Below are positions 14,063-27,439 of a stretch of 64,000 nt of DNA, in pieces. The notes under the pieces are model-generated. The model was not told the DNA's origin. It saw only the letters and a list, made by a program, of their open reading frames with translations, and ran no database searches. This DNA is from the human T2T-CHM13v2.0 reference genome, Homo sapiens: positions 37,536,001-37,600,000 of the forward strand of contig CP068257.2 of the NCBI GenBank assembly GCA_009914755.4, written 5' to 3'. The position numbers and the translations under genes are program-made. How positions within the stretch are numbered: the first letter of the stretch is position 1; every line of letters begins with the position of its first letter.

Positions 14063-17000
14063 ATTTCTATTTTTTATTGATACATAATATTTTACATATT
14101 GATGGGGTACATGTGACATTTTGCTACATACATAGAATGTGTAATGATCCAGTCAGGATATCTGAGGTGTCCATCACTTTGAGAATTTCTCACTTCTGTG
14201 TGTTGGGAACAATTCAAGTCGTCTCTTCTAGTTATTTTAAAATATACAATACATTGTTAACTGTAGTCTTTTTTATTGAATGACAGGACTTGTACCTTTT
14301 ATCTAACTGTATGTTTGTATCTATTAAGCTAGTTCTCTTTATCCCTGCCCCCTCCTACCCACTCACTCTTCCCAACCTCTAACATGTATCATCCTATTCT
14401 ATATCTCCATGAGATCAACTTCTTTAGCTCCCACATATGAGCAAAAACATATGATGTTTGTCTTTCTGTGCCTGGTTTATTTCACTTAAGACCTCCATTT
14501 CCATCCATGTTACTATAAATGACAGGATTTCATTCTTTTTGTGGCCAAACAGTATTTCATTGTGTATATATACTACATTTTCTTTATCCATTCATCCATT
14601 GATGAACACTTACGTTGATTCCATATCTTTGCTATTGTGAATGGTGCTGCAATAAACATGCACGTGCAGTTATCCCTTTGATACACTGATTTATTTTCCT
14701 TTGGATAAATACCCAGTAGTGAGATTGCTGGATCATACGGTAGTTCTACTTTTAGTTTTTGAGACATTTCCATACTTTTCCAGTGTTTGTATTAATTTAC
14801 ATTCCCATCAACAATGTATAAGATTTCCCTTTCCTCCACATCCTCACCAGCATCTGCTATTTTTTGTCTTTTTAATAATAGTCATTCTAACTGGGGTGAG
14901 AGGATATCTCGCTATGGTTTTGATTTGCATTTCCCTGATATTTAATGATATTGAGCATTTCTTCATATAACCTATTGGCCATTTGTGTGTCTTTTTTTTT
15001 TTTTTTTTTTTTTTTGAGAATTGTCTACTCATTTTTGGCTTTTTAAAAGATTTATTTTTTGTTGTTGTTGAGTTTAGTGCATATCCTGGATATTAGTCTC
15101 TTATCTGATGAAGAGTTTGCCAATATTTTCTCCCATTCAACAGGTTGTCTCTTCATTCTGTTGACTGTTTCCTTTGCTGTGCAGAAGCACTTTATATACA
15201 GTCCCATTTGTCTATTTTTTAGTAGTCTATGCATTTAAGGTCTCAGCCACAAAATCTTTGCCTAGACCAGTCCTAAAGTGTTTCCCCTATATTTTCTTCT
15301 AGTAGTTTTATTGTTTCATGTCTTATATTTAAGTCTATAATCCATTGTGAGTTGATTTTTGTATATGGTGAGATAGGGGCCTTGTTTCATTCCTCTGCAT
15401 ATAGATATTTAATTTTCTCAGCACCATTTATTGAAGGTGTCCTTCCCTATTGTATGTTCTTGGTGCCTTTGTCAAAATTCAGTTGGCTATAAATATGTGA
15501 ATTTATTTCTGGGTTCTCTATGTGGTTCCATTAGTCTATGTGTCTATTTTTATACCAATATCATGCTGTTTTGATTACCATAGCCTTGTAATATATTTTG
15601 AAGTCAGGTAGTGTGATGCCTCCAGCTTTGTTCTTTTTGCTCAGGATTGCTGTGCATACTCTGGCTTTTTGGTTACATACAAATTTCAGGATTTTTGTAT
15701 TTCTGTGAAAAATGGCATTAGTATTTTGATAGGAATTGCACTGGATCTGTATATTGTCCTGGACAACATGGTCATTTTAACAATATTAATTCTTCTAATC
15801 TATGAGTATGAGACGTCTTCCCACTTGTTTGTGTCCTCTTCAATTTCTTTCATTGGTGTTTCATAATCTCCCTTCTACAGGCCTTTCACCTCCTTGGTTA
15901 AATTAATTCCTAGGTATTTTTTTGTAGCTACTGTAAATGGGACTGCCTTCTTTCTCAGCTAGTTCATTTTTGGTGCATAGAAACCCTATTTTTGTATGTT
16001 CATTTTCTATCCTGCAACATTACCAAATTTGCTTATCAGCTTTAAGTGTGTATTTTGCTTTGCTTGTAGAGTCTTCTGGTTTCTCTAAATGTAAGACGAT
16101 GTCATCTGCAAACGGGGACAATTTGACTTCCTCTTAAAAATCTGTATGCCTTTTATTCCTTTCTCTTGCCTGATTGCTCTGGCTCTACCTCCAGTACTAT
16201 ACTGAATAAAAGTGGTAAAAGTGAGCATCCTTCCTTGTCTTGCTCTAGTTCTTAGAGGAAATACTTCCAGTTTTTCCCCACTCAGTATGATGTTAGCTGT
16301 GGGTCATATATAGCCTTTATTATGTTAAGATATGTTTCTTCTGTACCTGGTTTGTTGACAGCTTTTTATCATAAAAGGATGTAGAATTTTATCAAATGTT
16401 TTTTCTGCATCTATTGAGATAATCATATGGTTTTTGTCATTCATTCTACTGTTGTGATGTATCATGTTTATTGATTTGTGTATGTTAAACCATCCTTGTG
16501 TCCTTGGTATAAATTATACTTGGTCATGGTGTATTATCTTTTTGGCATCCTGTCGAATTGTTTGCTAGCTTTTTGTTTTGTTCTTTTTGAGAATTTTTAT
16601 GTCTAGGTTCCTTAGAAACACTGGCCTGTAGTTCTCTTTTTGTGTGTGTGTCCTTGTCTAGTTTGGTGTCAGGGAAATGGTGGTCTTGTAGAATGAGTTG
16701 TTTTTTCTTTGATTTTTTTGCAAGAGTTTGAGGAGAATGGGTATTAGTTCTTCTTTATGTGGTTGGTCAAATTGGCAGTGAATTCATTCAGTCATGAGCT
16801 TTTCTTTTTTTGGGAGGGTTCTCATTACTGAGTTAATCACACTGCTCATTACTGATCTGTTCAGATTTTCTATTTCTTCTGGAATCTCAGTAGTTGTGTG
16901 TTTCCAGCAATTTATCCATTTCCTCTAGGTTTTCTAGTTTGGTAGTATATAGCTATTCATAATAGTCTCTGATGATCTTTTGTATTTCTGTGATATCAGT

Positions 17001-17990
17001 TGTAATGTCTTTTTCATTTCCTATTTGGGTCTTTTCTTGTTTAGTCTAGCAAGGGGTTTATCTATTTTATCTTTTTGAAGAACCAACTTTTTGTTTCATT
17101 GACCCTTTCTACGTCTTTAGTCTTTATTTCATTTAGATTTGCTCTGAACTTTACTATGTCTTTCCTTCTAATTTTGGGTTTGGTTTGTTCTTTTCTAGTT
17201 CCTTGAGGTGCATCATTGAATTGTTTCTTTGATATCTATCTACTCATTTGATGTAGGTGTTTATTGCTATACACTCTCCCCTCCTAGAGCTCCTTTTGTT
17301 GTGTCCCATAGGTCTTGGTATGTTGTTTCTATTTTCATTTGTTTCAAACATTTTATTTCCATATTAATTTTTATCATTCAGGAGGAGCATATTATTTAAT
17401 TCCCATGTATTTGTATAGTTTCCAAAGTTCCTCTTATTTCTATTTTTACTCCATTGTGGTCTGAGAAGATACTTCATATGATTTCAATTTTTAAAAATTT
17501 GTCAAGACTTGTTTTTTGTCCTAACATATGGTCTATCCTGGAGAATGTTCCATGTGCTGATGAGAAAAATGTGTACTCAGCAGTTGCTGAGTAACATGTT
17601 CTACAAATATCTGTTAGATCCATTTGGTCTAAAGTCTAGTTTAAATCCAATGAGTTTTTGTTAATTTTGTCTAGATGATCTGAGACTGAGGTGAAGTCCC
17701 CAACAATTATCGTGTTGGAGTCTACCTCTCTTTTTAAATCTAGAAATATTTGCTTTATAAATCCGGGTGGTCTAGTGTTGGGTGCATATATTTAGTTGTT
17801 ATTTCCTCATTAGATTGATCTCTTTACTATTATATAATAACTGTTTACTGCTTCTGGCATAAAGTCTGTTTTATGTAAGTACAGCCATTCCTGCTTGAGT
17901 TTAGTACCATGTTGACAAAGGGATGCATAGAGAGTTGGTAAAGCATGATTTCTGGGTGTCTGTGTGAAGGTGTTTTGAGAAGAGTTTAGC
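14063..17990 (-). mobile_element. 5'-truncated L1 (LINE-1), antisense orientation (ORF2 3' half plus 3'UTR), moderately diverged
   Basis: Reverse complement matches the L1 ORF2/3'UTR consensus over about 3.9 kb (...catgtaccccatcaatatgtaaaatattatgtatcaataaaaaa at the 3' end near 14063). Many small plus-strand ORFs are its antisense. Confidence 0.8.
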
Positions 17991-18419
17991 ATGAGTCTGT
18001 GGAGTGAGTGGGAAGATTCTCCCTCAATGTCAGCAGGAACCATCCATCCACTGGGGGCCCAGGTAGAAAAAGATGAAGAAATGGTGAATTCTCTCTCTCT
18101 CCTGGAGCTGGGTCACCCTTCTTCTGCCCTTGAACAGGACATCACAACTCCAGGCTCTCCAGCCTTTGGACTCCAAGACTGACACCAGTGCCCCTCCCCA
18201 ATTACCCCAGGCCCTCAGGCCTTTGGCCTAGGATTGAGACTTACACCATCAGCTTCCCTGGTTCTGAGGCTTCTGGACTTGCACTGGGCCATACTACCAG
18301 CATCCCAGGGTCTCCAGCTTGCAGACAGCCTGTTGTGGGACTTTTCAGCCTCCATAATCAAGTAAGCCAATTTCCCTGGTATCTATATAGATATACAATC
18401 ATGTTTTGCTTACCAGCCT

Positions 18420-18800
18420 GAAAAATGTATCGCTAGATGAGTCTGTCATTGCATAAACATCATAGTGTACTTACACAAACCTAGATTCTATAGCCTACTA
18501 CACACCTAGTCTATAAACATGTACAGCATGTTACTGTACTGAATATTGTAGGCAACTGTAACACAATGGTGAATATTTGCATATTTAAACATATCTTATC
18601 ATTAAAAAGATACAGTAAACATAAGGTATAAAAGACAAAAACCGGCACACCTATATAGGGCACTTACCATAAATGCAGCTTGCAGGACTAGAAGTCACTC
18701 AGGGTGAGTCAGTGAGCGAACGTGAAGGCCTAGGTTATTACTGTCCACTACGGTAGACTTTATCAACACTGTACACAGGCTACACTAAATTTATTTTTTA
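18420..18800 (+). repeat. Interspersed repeat, family unassigned. Related copies at 46080-46480 and 21380-21620.
   Basis: Shared segments ...tacacaaacct(t)ag...ctactacaca(c/t)ctag...tgtaggcaactgtaacacaatgg... and ...atcttatgg/gagacc...atgcggtccgccagtg.... Confidence 0.4.
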
Positions 18801-19015
18801 AAAATTTGCTCTCCAATAATAAATTAATCTTCGCATCCTTTTTTTGTTGTTCACTGTGGCATCCAGTTTCTACCCACAAAGAAAAAGCTCCAATGCACCT
18901 TTTAATTTTTTGAAAAATTCCTGATATTACAGAACTAAATTGAAATGTATTAACATCTCACTCTTACATTTTCATAATAAACAGAAAAATTCATAAGCCA
19001 AAAAACAAAAACAGG

Positions 19016-19320
19016 GAGTGCTGGTCACAGTGGTTCATGCCTGTAATACCGGCACTTCGAAAGGCTGAGGTAGGTGGATCGCTTCAGCTCAGGAGTTTAA
19101 GACCAGCCTGGACAACATAATGAAATCCTGTCTCTCTGAAAAATACAAAAATTAGCCGGGTGTGGTGGCATGCACCTGTGGTCCCAGCTACTTGGGGGTC
19201 TGAGGTGAGAGGACTGCTTGAGCCTGAGCGGTCAAGGCTGCAGTGAGCCATGTTTGCCCCACTGTACTCCAGCCTGGGCGACAGAGCAAGACCCTTTCTC
19301 AAAAAACAAACAACTACAAA
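19016..19320 (+). mobile_element. Alu, plus a free left Alu monomer at 19424-19560 (+)
   Basis: Canonical Alu sequence immediately 3' (genomic left) of the PCBP retrocopy. Confidence 0.8.
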
Positions 19321-19396
19321 AACAGGGGGAAACTTATATTGCTAAATACAATCTCAGCGTCAACACTGGAACAGAGAAAGGAATTAAAACACCTTA

Positions 19397-19543
<147 letters not shown>

Positions 19544-19689
19544 TTAAAAAATAAAAAATAAAGGAATGGATGAGTGTTAAAAACCAAAAATTTAAAACTA
19601 TTTAAAACCTGACATGGCTGCTTGTTCAGAAACTACAGATGGATGATGGGTGGTGGTGAACAGCAGAAAGGGGTTATAGTACGTGAATC

Positions 19690-20680
19690 TGCATTGTTCT
19701 AGCTGTTCCCCATGCCACTCATCCTAAGGTGAGCCGGACATTGATTAGCCATTGAGCCAGGCTAATGCTGGCAGCAGATCCAGTGATGGTAACCTGCCTA
19801 TCAATAGATCCTTCCACTGGGTTCACAATTTTGATCTACGCTGCAGACATCTGATAGACCTCATTTATTCTGGTGCCTTGACACCTGATTATGCAGCCAG
19901 TATCATTTGGAATGGTGTTTATGAGAAGTGGTCTGAGCAGATGCATCCAAACCTGCACTGAATCCCAGCGTTGCTATCTCCTGTAGGAAAACTAGATTGT
20001 TGCATTGTCAACTGGTGCAGCTTGGTCAACTCTAGAAGTGGTCCCTCCAGGTCACAGTTGAGGCACATGGACGAAGTGGTGTGGAGAAAGCAAGCTCACA
20101 CTGTCGCTGCCTGTGCTGTACCTGTCCTGATCACCTGCAAAGATCACCGGAGAATTGGACAGCTTGGACCAGTATGGGATGGCCATGCGTTTGGGGGAAG
20201 ACTCCAACACCACACAGACCTGTCCAACACACTCAATGATGGACTGCGGAATCCCAGCGATAGTGATGGCTCAGTCAGCAGCGTTGGGGAGCATATCCCC
20301 TGCCACCTGGACCTGAGCCCTGTACTCTCTCGTATTGCCTTGATCTTGCAACCACCTTTTCCAATGAGCCACAGTGACTAGCAGGGACCACCAGCATCAG
20401 GGTGACCAGGGGGTCCACTGGCAGCTGTGCTAGTGGTCACAGAGCTACTGATACCCTCTTCCAATCTTGCTTTGAAGATGGCGCTAGTGGGTCCAGCCAA
20501 GATGATAATTCTCTCAGAACAACTCCCTTCTGAGATGCTGATACATGCACCACTCTCCTCATGCATCTTAACTGATTCTCCTCTTTCTGATGATACTGCC
20601 AACTTCCTTTCCATGCATAAGTAGCCAGGTGGTGAGAATGACATTTAATCCAATTTCAATCATACCAGTGTCCATATCAA
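19690..20680 (-). pseudogene. Processed pseudogene of a poly(rC)-binding protein (PCBP1/PCBP2, hnRNP E): intronless, frameshifted
   Basis: Minus-strand translation gives MDTG.IE.GLNV.LT..LLMHGKEVGSII..., ISEGSCSERIIILAGPTSAIFKA (KH1) through ...SISLAQWLINVRL at the C-terminus. All lie on one uninterrupted stretch with several frameshifts and stops (ORFs 20378..20644(-), 19752..19961(+), 19971..20381(+) are its fragments). Confidence 0.75.
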
Positions 20681-23600
20681 GCAGGGCTATGGGGAGCTGG
20701 ACTTGGAGTGGTCAAGTCTTTGGCCAGTGGGGATGAAAACCAAGAACTCCAGGCAGGAGGCAACTCAGGGAAAAAGGAGAGCAGGCAGGGTGGGGCAGGG
20801 GTGGAACAACAGGGGTGGGCAGAAAGGCAACGAGAAGGAGGAGAAAAGGTGGTGGAGGAAGAGAAAGAAGGGAGAGACCTCAGGGCAGGTGGGAGAGAGC
20901 ACAGCCTGTAGCTGCTCAGGCTGCTGCCTCTGCTGGTGTCAATCTCAGCTTCCTGTAACTTTTCTGCTTTCTAAACTTTTATTTTTTTAACTTTTTGACT
21001 CTTTTCTAATAACTTAGCTTAAAACACAAATACACTGTACAGCTGTACAGAAATATTTTTTCTTTATATCCTTATTCCATAAGCTTTTTTCCATTCAAAA
21101 GTTTTGTTTTTTGCTTTTTGTTAAAAACTGAGACACAGCACACATATTAGCCTAGGCCTACACAGGGTCAGAATCATCAATATCTCACTGTCTTCCGCCT
21201 CCATATCTTGTCCCGCTAGAAGGTCTTCAGGGACAGTAACACACATGGAACTGTCATCTCCTGTGATGACAATGTCTGCTTCTGGATACCTCTGGAAGGG
21301 CCTGCCTGAGACTGTTTTACAGTTCGCTTTTTTGTTACGAGTAGAAGGAATACACTCTAAAATAGCAAAAAATAGGATGTACATAAACCAGTAGCATAGT
21401 CATTTATTGTAAGTATTATGTACTGTTCATAGTTGTATGTGCTGGACCTTTAAACTGGCAGCACAGTAGGCGTGTTTTCACCAGCAACACCACAAACACA
21501 AGTAACACATGAGGTCTGACCTTAGGATGGCTACCACAGCCTAGGCGATAGGAATTTTTCAGTTCCATACGATCTTATGGACCCCTGTCTACATGCGGTC
21601 CGCCAGTGGTATGTCCTTATGTGGTGCATGACTATACACATCCTACTGGTTCTCTCTGGACTGCTCTAATATACTGGGCATATACTGTCTTGTCTGTGTC
21701 ATCTGTTACTTCTCTATTTCTGTCCTGCATCTTAGGACACCAACTCAAGTTAGTCCTCCACATAATGGCTTTGTATTATACCCTATTTTATATATATGTA
21801 ATATATATACAACTTAGATCACATACTATTTGTTGTTATTTTATATAATACAGATTTTAAAGTTGAAGTTTTGCTTCTGTTAAAATCTTTTCCATGAAAT
21901 TTTTTAAATTTCCTTTCAGCTAGCTGCTGCTTCTCATACATCTCATTATTTGCTTTTGGAAAAAGCAGGGGTTCCTGACTTTTAAAAAATAGCTGTTTCC
22001 TACAGTCATGTTTTTCAACAGAATGCTCTTCTTCTGCATTTTTAATGCTGTTTCTATCCTTCGTATTGCTTGTTTTCTTCAGCTACTCTCCTTTGAATGG
22101 GAAACCTACCCAGGCCTGATGTCTGCTCCGGCTAGACTCGAACTCCTGGGCTCAAGCGATCCTCCTGCCCCAGCATCCCAGGTAGCTGGGACTACGGATA
22201 AGCACCGCTGTGCCTGGCTTGGTATCTGGCCCTAACGTGGCTCTGCTGCACTGACAGCCAACCTCCTGCACCTGCTGCCTGCTTCTTATCACAAGAAGAG
22301 GTTTACTCCTGGACAGTCTGAAGCAATTATGATTCTTTCCTTACCAAAATTATTAAAAACTACAATGCCCAGAGTTATCTGCTTCTAGGGTTCTCCCAGG
22401 ATTACTGCCGATGCAAAACTTGTCCCCCAACTACTTCCACTCTTAGCCATTTGACACTGCCAAGCTCTGTGGTTCTCAAGTTAGCAAGAGGAAGTACAAG
22501 AAGGAATGAAGACTGACAGCTCCAGCTGCCCCCAGAGCAGCTCCCCACTCCTTTCTTACCACATCACCGTCAGCATCTTTGAGGTGGGGCACACAAAGGT
22601 GTGTCAACATGGAAATACCACCTTACAGTTCTTCAAAAGCATTCTTATATCATTATTCTCACAATTCAGCAAAGCAAGCAGAGAATTTCCTTCATTAAGC
22701 AGATGAAAACCTGGACCCCAAGGGAAGTAGATAACCACCCAGGGAGTACTGTCACCAGTATTATCTGTAGTTTACAGCTGAGAAAACTGTTGCTCAGGAA
22801 GCTTCAAGGCATCTGCCCAAAGTCACCTGGCCTGTAAGGGCTGGCCTGGGATTGAACATAGTCTGCTTTTCCAAGATCACTCTTCCTTACTTACCACACT
22901 GACCCTCAGCACAAGAAGAGGATTAGCTCCAGCTAGGACCAGATTCCAGGTCATATGATGTTACCTCAGGGCTCTGCAGGCACATTTCTGAATGAATGAA
23001 AACTTTTTTTGCAACAAGGGAAATGCTTAGATTTCTGCCTTCGGGATATATTCATAAGCATACTATGCACAAGACTTCCAATTCTTGATTATGTAAAGGA
23101 AACCAAGTTTACTCAAGAAGGAGTTAGAACACAGTATCTCCTTACCATACTTCTAATCATTACCAAAAACAGTAAATGAACTGGAACTAGAAAATATAAA
23201 TGGGTAAGTACTCTAAATCTATAGTATGTAAATGATTCAATAACTAAAAAGGTGAAAAAGAAAGCAGAAGAGATAAGAAGCATTTAACTCCACCATTTTA
23301 AAATTTATTTTCATGAATGCAGTTCAGTTTGTGGTCCTGTGAAGTTGTGTGGCTACTCCAGGTTCATGATTCCATTCACACTCCTAATGATAACACATGA
23401 CTGTAAGAGAACTGCTGACACGCGCAGAGCCAGCCTTGAAAGAGAGCCCTGGGAAAGTCTGGGTGAAGAGGCTATCTGTCAGATATTACTAAAAAGTGAG
23501 GACATACACATTTCTGTTTCATTTTTAGTAAATATATAATTTTGTTACTTTGTCATCAATTTTTACCCACAAGATAAAAAAAACTGCAGGACTCCTAAAA

Positions 23601-23727
23601 TATCCAGAAACTTTCCACATATTAAGAATCACCAACAGGTCAATGAGTAGTTACACCTAATTAACTACACTTTGCCACATGAATACCATCTGCTGATATC
23701 TGTAGCTTTGAAAAATTTAACTAAAGT

Positions 23728-23900
23728 TGGGCACAGTGGCTCACACCTGTAATCCCAGCATTTTGGGAGGCCGAGGCGGGGGAAATGCTTGAGCCCAGGA
23801 GGTCGAGGATGCAGTGAACCATGATAGCACACTGCACTTCAGCCTGGGCAACAGAGCAAGACCCAGCCTCAAAAAATAAATAAATAAATAAATAAGATAA
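23728..23900 (+). mobile_element. Alu (internally deleted) just downstream of the PSMG1 3' end
   Basis: gttgggcacagtggctcacacctgtaatcccagcattttgggaggccgaggcgg ... (TAAA)n tail. Confidence 0.75.
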
Positions 23901-24041
23901 AAATTTAACTATAGTACCTTAAAATATTCAAATACAACAATACTCCCACCTAGTGGATAAAAGGAAAATGCCTGGCTTATTTTGGTTGTGAATAATACCA
24001 CCATAAATAAGGAATTAAAACTACAATTAGTTTTTTACAAT

Positions 24042-24047
24042 TTTATT
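24042..24047 (-). terminator. PSMG1: PSMG1 proximal polyadenylation signal AATAAA (cleavage expected near 24020-24030)
   Basis: tttatt on the plus strand, 112 nt downstream of the stop codon. A second AATAAA on the minus strand near 23300 could serve as a distal site. Confidence 0.55.
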
Positions 24048-24158
24048 CCGTTTCATCATTCTCAAAATATATCCCCCAAAAGTAATCTACAAAAGAGTGC
24101 AGGCTGCTCCCCTTAAAGGAATGGACAAGTAATATACACTACAAAACAATGTTTAAGA

Positions 24159-24233
24159 TCATGTATAAATGTTACTCTGAATCTCATTTGTTGTCATCAA
24201 TTTCTTTAGTATCTCAGTGCTTTGGGGAATATT
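24159..24233 (-). CDS. PSMG1: PSMG1 last coding exon (NIPQSTEILKKLMTTNEIQSNIYT*). 3'UTR continues to about 24022.
   Basis: ORF 24159..24344(-). Acceptor ttcatttcag|AAT. Exon sum 44+1+35+1+50+21+66+1+45+24 = 288 aa, the expected PSMG1 length. AATAAA on the minus strand at 24047..24042. Confidence 0.85.
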   Translation of the reverse strand, partial: NIPQSTEILKKLMTTNEIQSNIYT

Positions 24234-26003
24234 CTGAAAGGAGAGAAAAAAGTGAATACAGTGAGACCCCAGGGATTCAGGCAGAGGCAACACCCCTCCC
24301 TCCACGACCAACAATCTCCACACTCGAGACTTAAAAACAGCCATGGGACAGGCGTGGCCTTTACTCTCCTTCTCAACGAAAAGGCAAGTGGGAAAGTCAG
24401 TTCAACAGGCCCTTTCCCTGCCACACTCGCCGATGATCTCCTGGCCTCCGATGGTCTCCTGGCCTCTGGAGGAAGTCTATGCTCTAACCCGCCCGACCTT
24501 CCCCACAAGATGTCTTCCTCCCCTCTCCACCAACACCACACTCCTCACGGCTCTCCTCACACTTTCCCACTCTGCTCACACTGCTTCCCTCTGCACACTT
24601 CTACCCAAGATTCATCCATCTTTCAAATCCAACTAAACTGCCACACAGGAAGAACTCAAAATAATTCCACCTTATTGAAAATACCACTTTTAAAAGGTCA
24701 GAAACAACGAACTGACTCAGGCTGATGTATTTGGTCATTAAGAAAACAGCACCCTGCAGAACCACCATCTTACCCTCCTGCTAATCATTATCTCCAAAGC
24801 AAAAATGAAAATGCTGAGTTAAATTTCCCCTTGAAAGTATATTCATAAAAGCTGAGTTTCCTTAAGCCCCATATGACAGATGATTTCCAAGTCTCTGAAC
24901 AAGTCCAAGTGTTTATGACACACCTGTGTGCTACACACAGTCCTACAGCAGTAAACAAAACAGCCCAGCCCCTGCCCATGGGAACTCATCTCTGAGTTAA
25001 GTGGGATGAGGCAATTGGCTATTTAAACAAACAAGACGATCAGCATATACTTTGAAAGAGATGCTAAAAATAAATTAACTCCATGTGTCAGAAAGATTAC
25101 CCTGGATTCTAGCTAATTTGCAAGATAAGCTTGCAGTATACTAAATCAGAGTTTTACAGCTGTACTCTTCAACAAATGGTTATTGATGGCTTTATTCAAC
25201 ATGCCAGGTATGTGGTAAACTTGGGATACCAAAATTAAAAATCGTGGTCCATTACCACAAGGAGCTGACAATCTAGTAACAAACTAATTTATGAGACCTG
25301 GGAAATGAGCTACTTCCAACAACTTACCACAAAAGTCTTAAAACTAATGGCCATTCCAGAATAAAACCGGGCTGAGGGACAATGTTGTTACAACCTCTTT
25401 CCTTTAAAGAAACCATGCTTAAACCAGAGGCTGTGGACTTCCAAAAAAGTCTCTTAAGAGAAAACAATGGAATCCCTAAACTACCTGAGATTACGGGAAA
25501 ACATTTTCATGTACGTGTTCCAATTTTTTTAGAAAATGAGCCCAAAGGTATAAACCAAGGGTAAGGAAGAGGTTCATTATGTAATTCTCTCATCTTCACA
25601 TATACAGTTCTCTGTAAAATTGGGTAAATAAATATTATAATAATTTGATCCACACTATACTCAAAAATAACCGTCTCAAAAATTAAATAAAAATTTTTTA
25701 AAAAACCTTGCAAAGTAGTTATAGAAGCTTATTGAACAGTAAAACCATCTGTCCACATAGACATTTGGGATTTAATTGCACTGCATTAATCTATCATACA
25801 AGAACAAAGCATTCGTCAAGTTACAGACGTATACAGAAGAGATGATGACAATCAAATTCAAACTGCCAGACTAGAAAGCTTCGCTTTGAGAAGAATGGAT
25901 CTCCAAGCATTGCTTAGGGTTTAAAATGACACTATACATTTATGTTTGTTACTAAGCTGATTATAACAATGCAGCTATTAATTTAAATGAGTTAAAACCT
26001 TAC

Positions 26004-26140
26004 CTTAACCAAACCCTTCAAGCTTCTGGTAGAAAGTATAGGCTTAAAAGCTTCCACTGTGATTAGGTCTAATTTCATCACATCAGTATAACACAAGTAC
26101 AGAATTGCCGGGATTTTCCATACTTGACAGTAGCTTAGAA
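26004..26140 (-). CDS. PSMG1: PSMG1 coding exon 6 (V-LSYCQVWKIPAILYLCYTDVMKLDLITVEAFKPILSTRSLKGLVK)
   Basis: Hand translation of the minus strand. Acceptor ttcatag|TT; donor AAG|GTAAGG. 137 nt = 2 + 45 codons. Confidence 0.75.
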
Positions 26141-27017
26141 CTATGAATACACAAGAAAAAAAAACGATGTAAGTTTTCTATTATGTTACTTTTAAATTAA
26201 ACACCTTTAAATAATAAAGGCTGTTGTTAAAAGTAGTTATCTCAGCTGCCTCTTTCAATCAAGGTATTTACTGCAATTTTGAACCAATTATAATGAAGAT
26301 TTTCTTTCAAAGTCAATTTATTTTCCTAATAATCTCTTCTTTTGCAAATATTAATTTTATATTTCCTGAAAATACAGCTGAGATGATTTAAGTAGCTGAA
26401 AGATTAAAATTCTACTGACTATAATAAAGCATATAAATAACAAATAAATACAAAATGCATAAAGTGAAATATTTAGCCACTTCTCATTCTAGTAAACATT
26501 GAAAGCAAAAAGAAACCCCAACCAAACCCTATTTTAATACAGTTCATATAATAAATAACAATTATGTAATATATTACCCACTGAAAAGTAAATGGCAGTC
26601 TCTTTGTCATATGATGGCAGATGTGAGTGACGGTAATAAAAAAATTAAAGCAACTATCAAGATTCAATATTCAAAACTTCTGTTTTGATAATTAAAATGT
26701 ACTTTATCAACTTTTGATGCACCAATAATTTATATTTAACACTGGCTTGCATTCTGAATAATCAAAGACCAAAAAGAAACACAGCATGTCTGAAGCCCAA
26801 CAGTTAAGAAACATGAGCTCCTCAAATAACTGTGTCTGGAAAATCTGAAAACTCAAACTAAATATACTGCACTTGTAACTACAGATATTGAGGACTAACA
26901 GCAATATATTGGTATCAATCATCATTAATAAACTACCTCAAAAAGACCTCTAATGGTGAAAAGTAGTATCAATAAAGCAATAAGATAGAATGTAAATGTT
27001 ACAAATTTTAATACCAC

Positions 27018-27216
27018 CTGCTGCAGGAAGGTCGTGTACTATATTCGGTTGTTCTAGCAATGGACAACACGCCGAGTCTTTGAAATTCTGTGTTTTTAGG
27101 GCTCTCAGGAAAGGAGAAGGAAGGCTGCCGGTGGATTCTGAGGTTTTATAATCGGTAACATGTCGACATGTGAGAATAGTTATCTGCATGTTCTTCCTTG
27201 GACAAGAGCCAAAAAC
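27018..27216 (-). CDS. PSMG1: PSMG1 coding exon 5 (VFGSCPRKNMQITILTCRHVTDYKTSESTGSLPSPFLRALKTQNFKDSACCPLLEQPNIVHDLPAA + 1 nt)
   Basis: ORF 26950..27189(-). Acceptor tgttag|GTT at 27218-27217; donor G|GTGGTA at 27017-27016. 199 nt = 66 codons + 1. Confidence 0.85.
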
Positions 27217-27439
27217 CTAACATAAAATTTATTTCAAATTAAAAAAAACATATAATTTTGTTACAGAATGGAAACATTCCTCTAGGTATTCACCTAACAC
27301 CACAGACAATAATAGCATGCCTAGCAGGGGTGGGAGTGTGCCTTGGAGAAACAGAACACACCTGCTGTCACAACCTGGGTTTGATCTTGGTTCTGCTTTC
27401 TAGGTGGGCAATTTTTCCAAGTCACTCTCCTCATTAGTG

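Noticed and set aside
14077-17810. Many 60-90 aa plus-strand ORFs (for example 14077..14283, 14701..14970, 15669..15866)
   Set aside because: All are antisense reads through the truncated L1. No independent coding signal.
19752-20381. Plus-strand ORFs of 69 and 136 aa
   Set aside because: They are antisense to the PCBP processed pseudogene. The meaningful reading is on the minus strand, and that one is frameshifted.
20703-20990. ORFs in the purine-rich tract (GGAGRR-like) next to the PCBP retrocopy
   Set aside because: A low-complexity purine run yields E/G/R/K-rich pseudo-ORFs. There is no evidence of coding.
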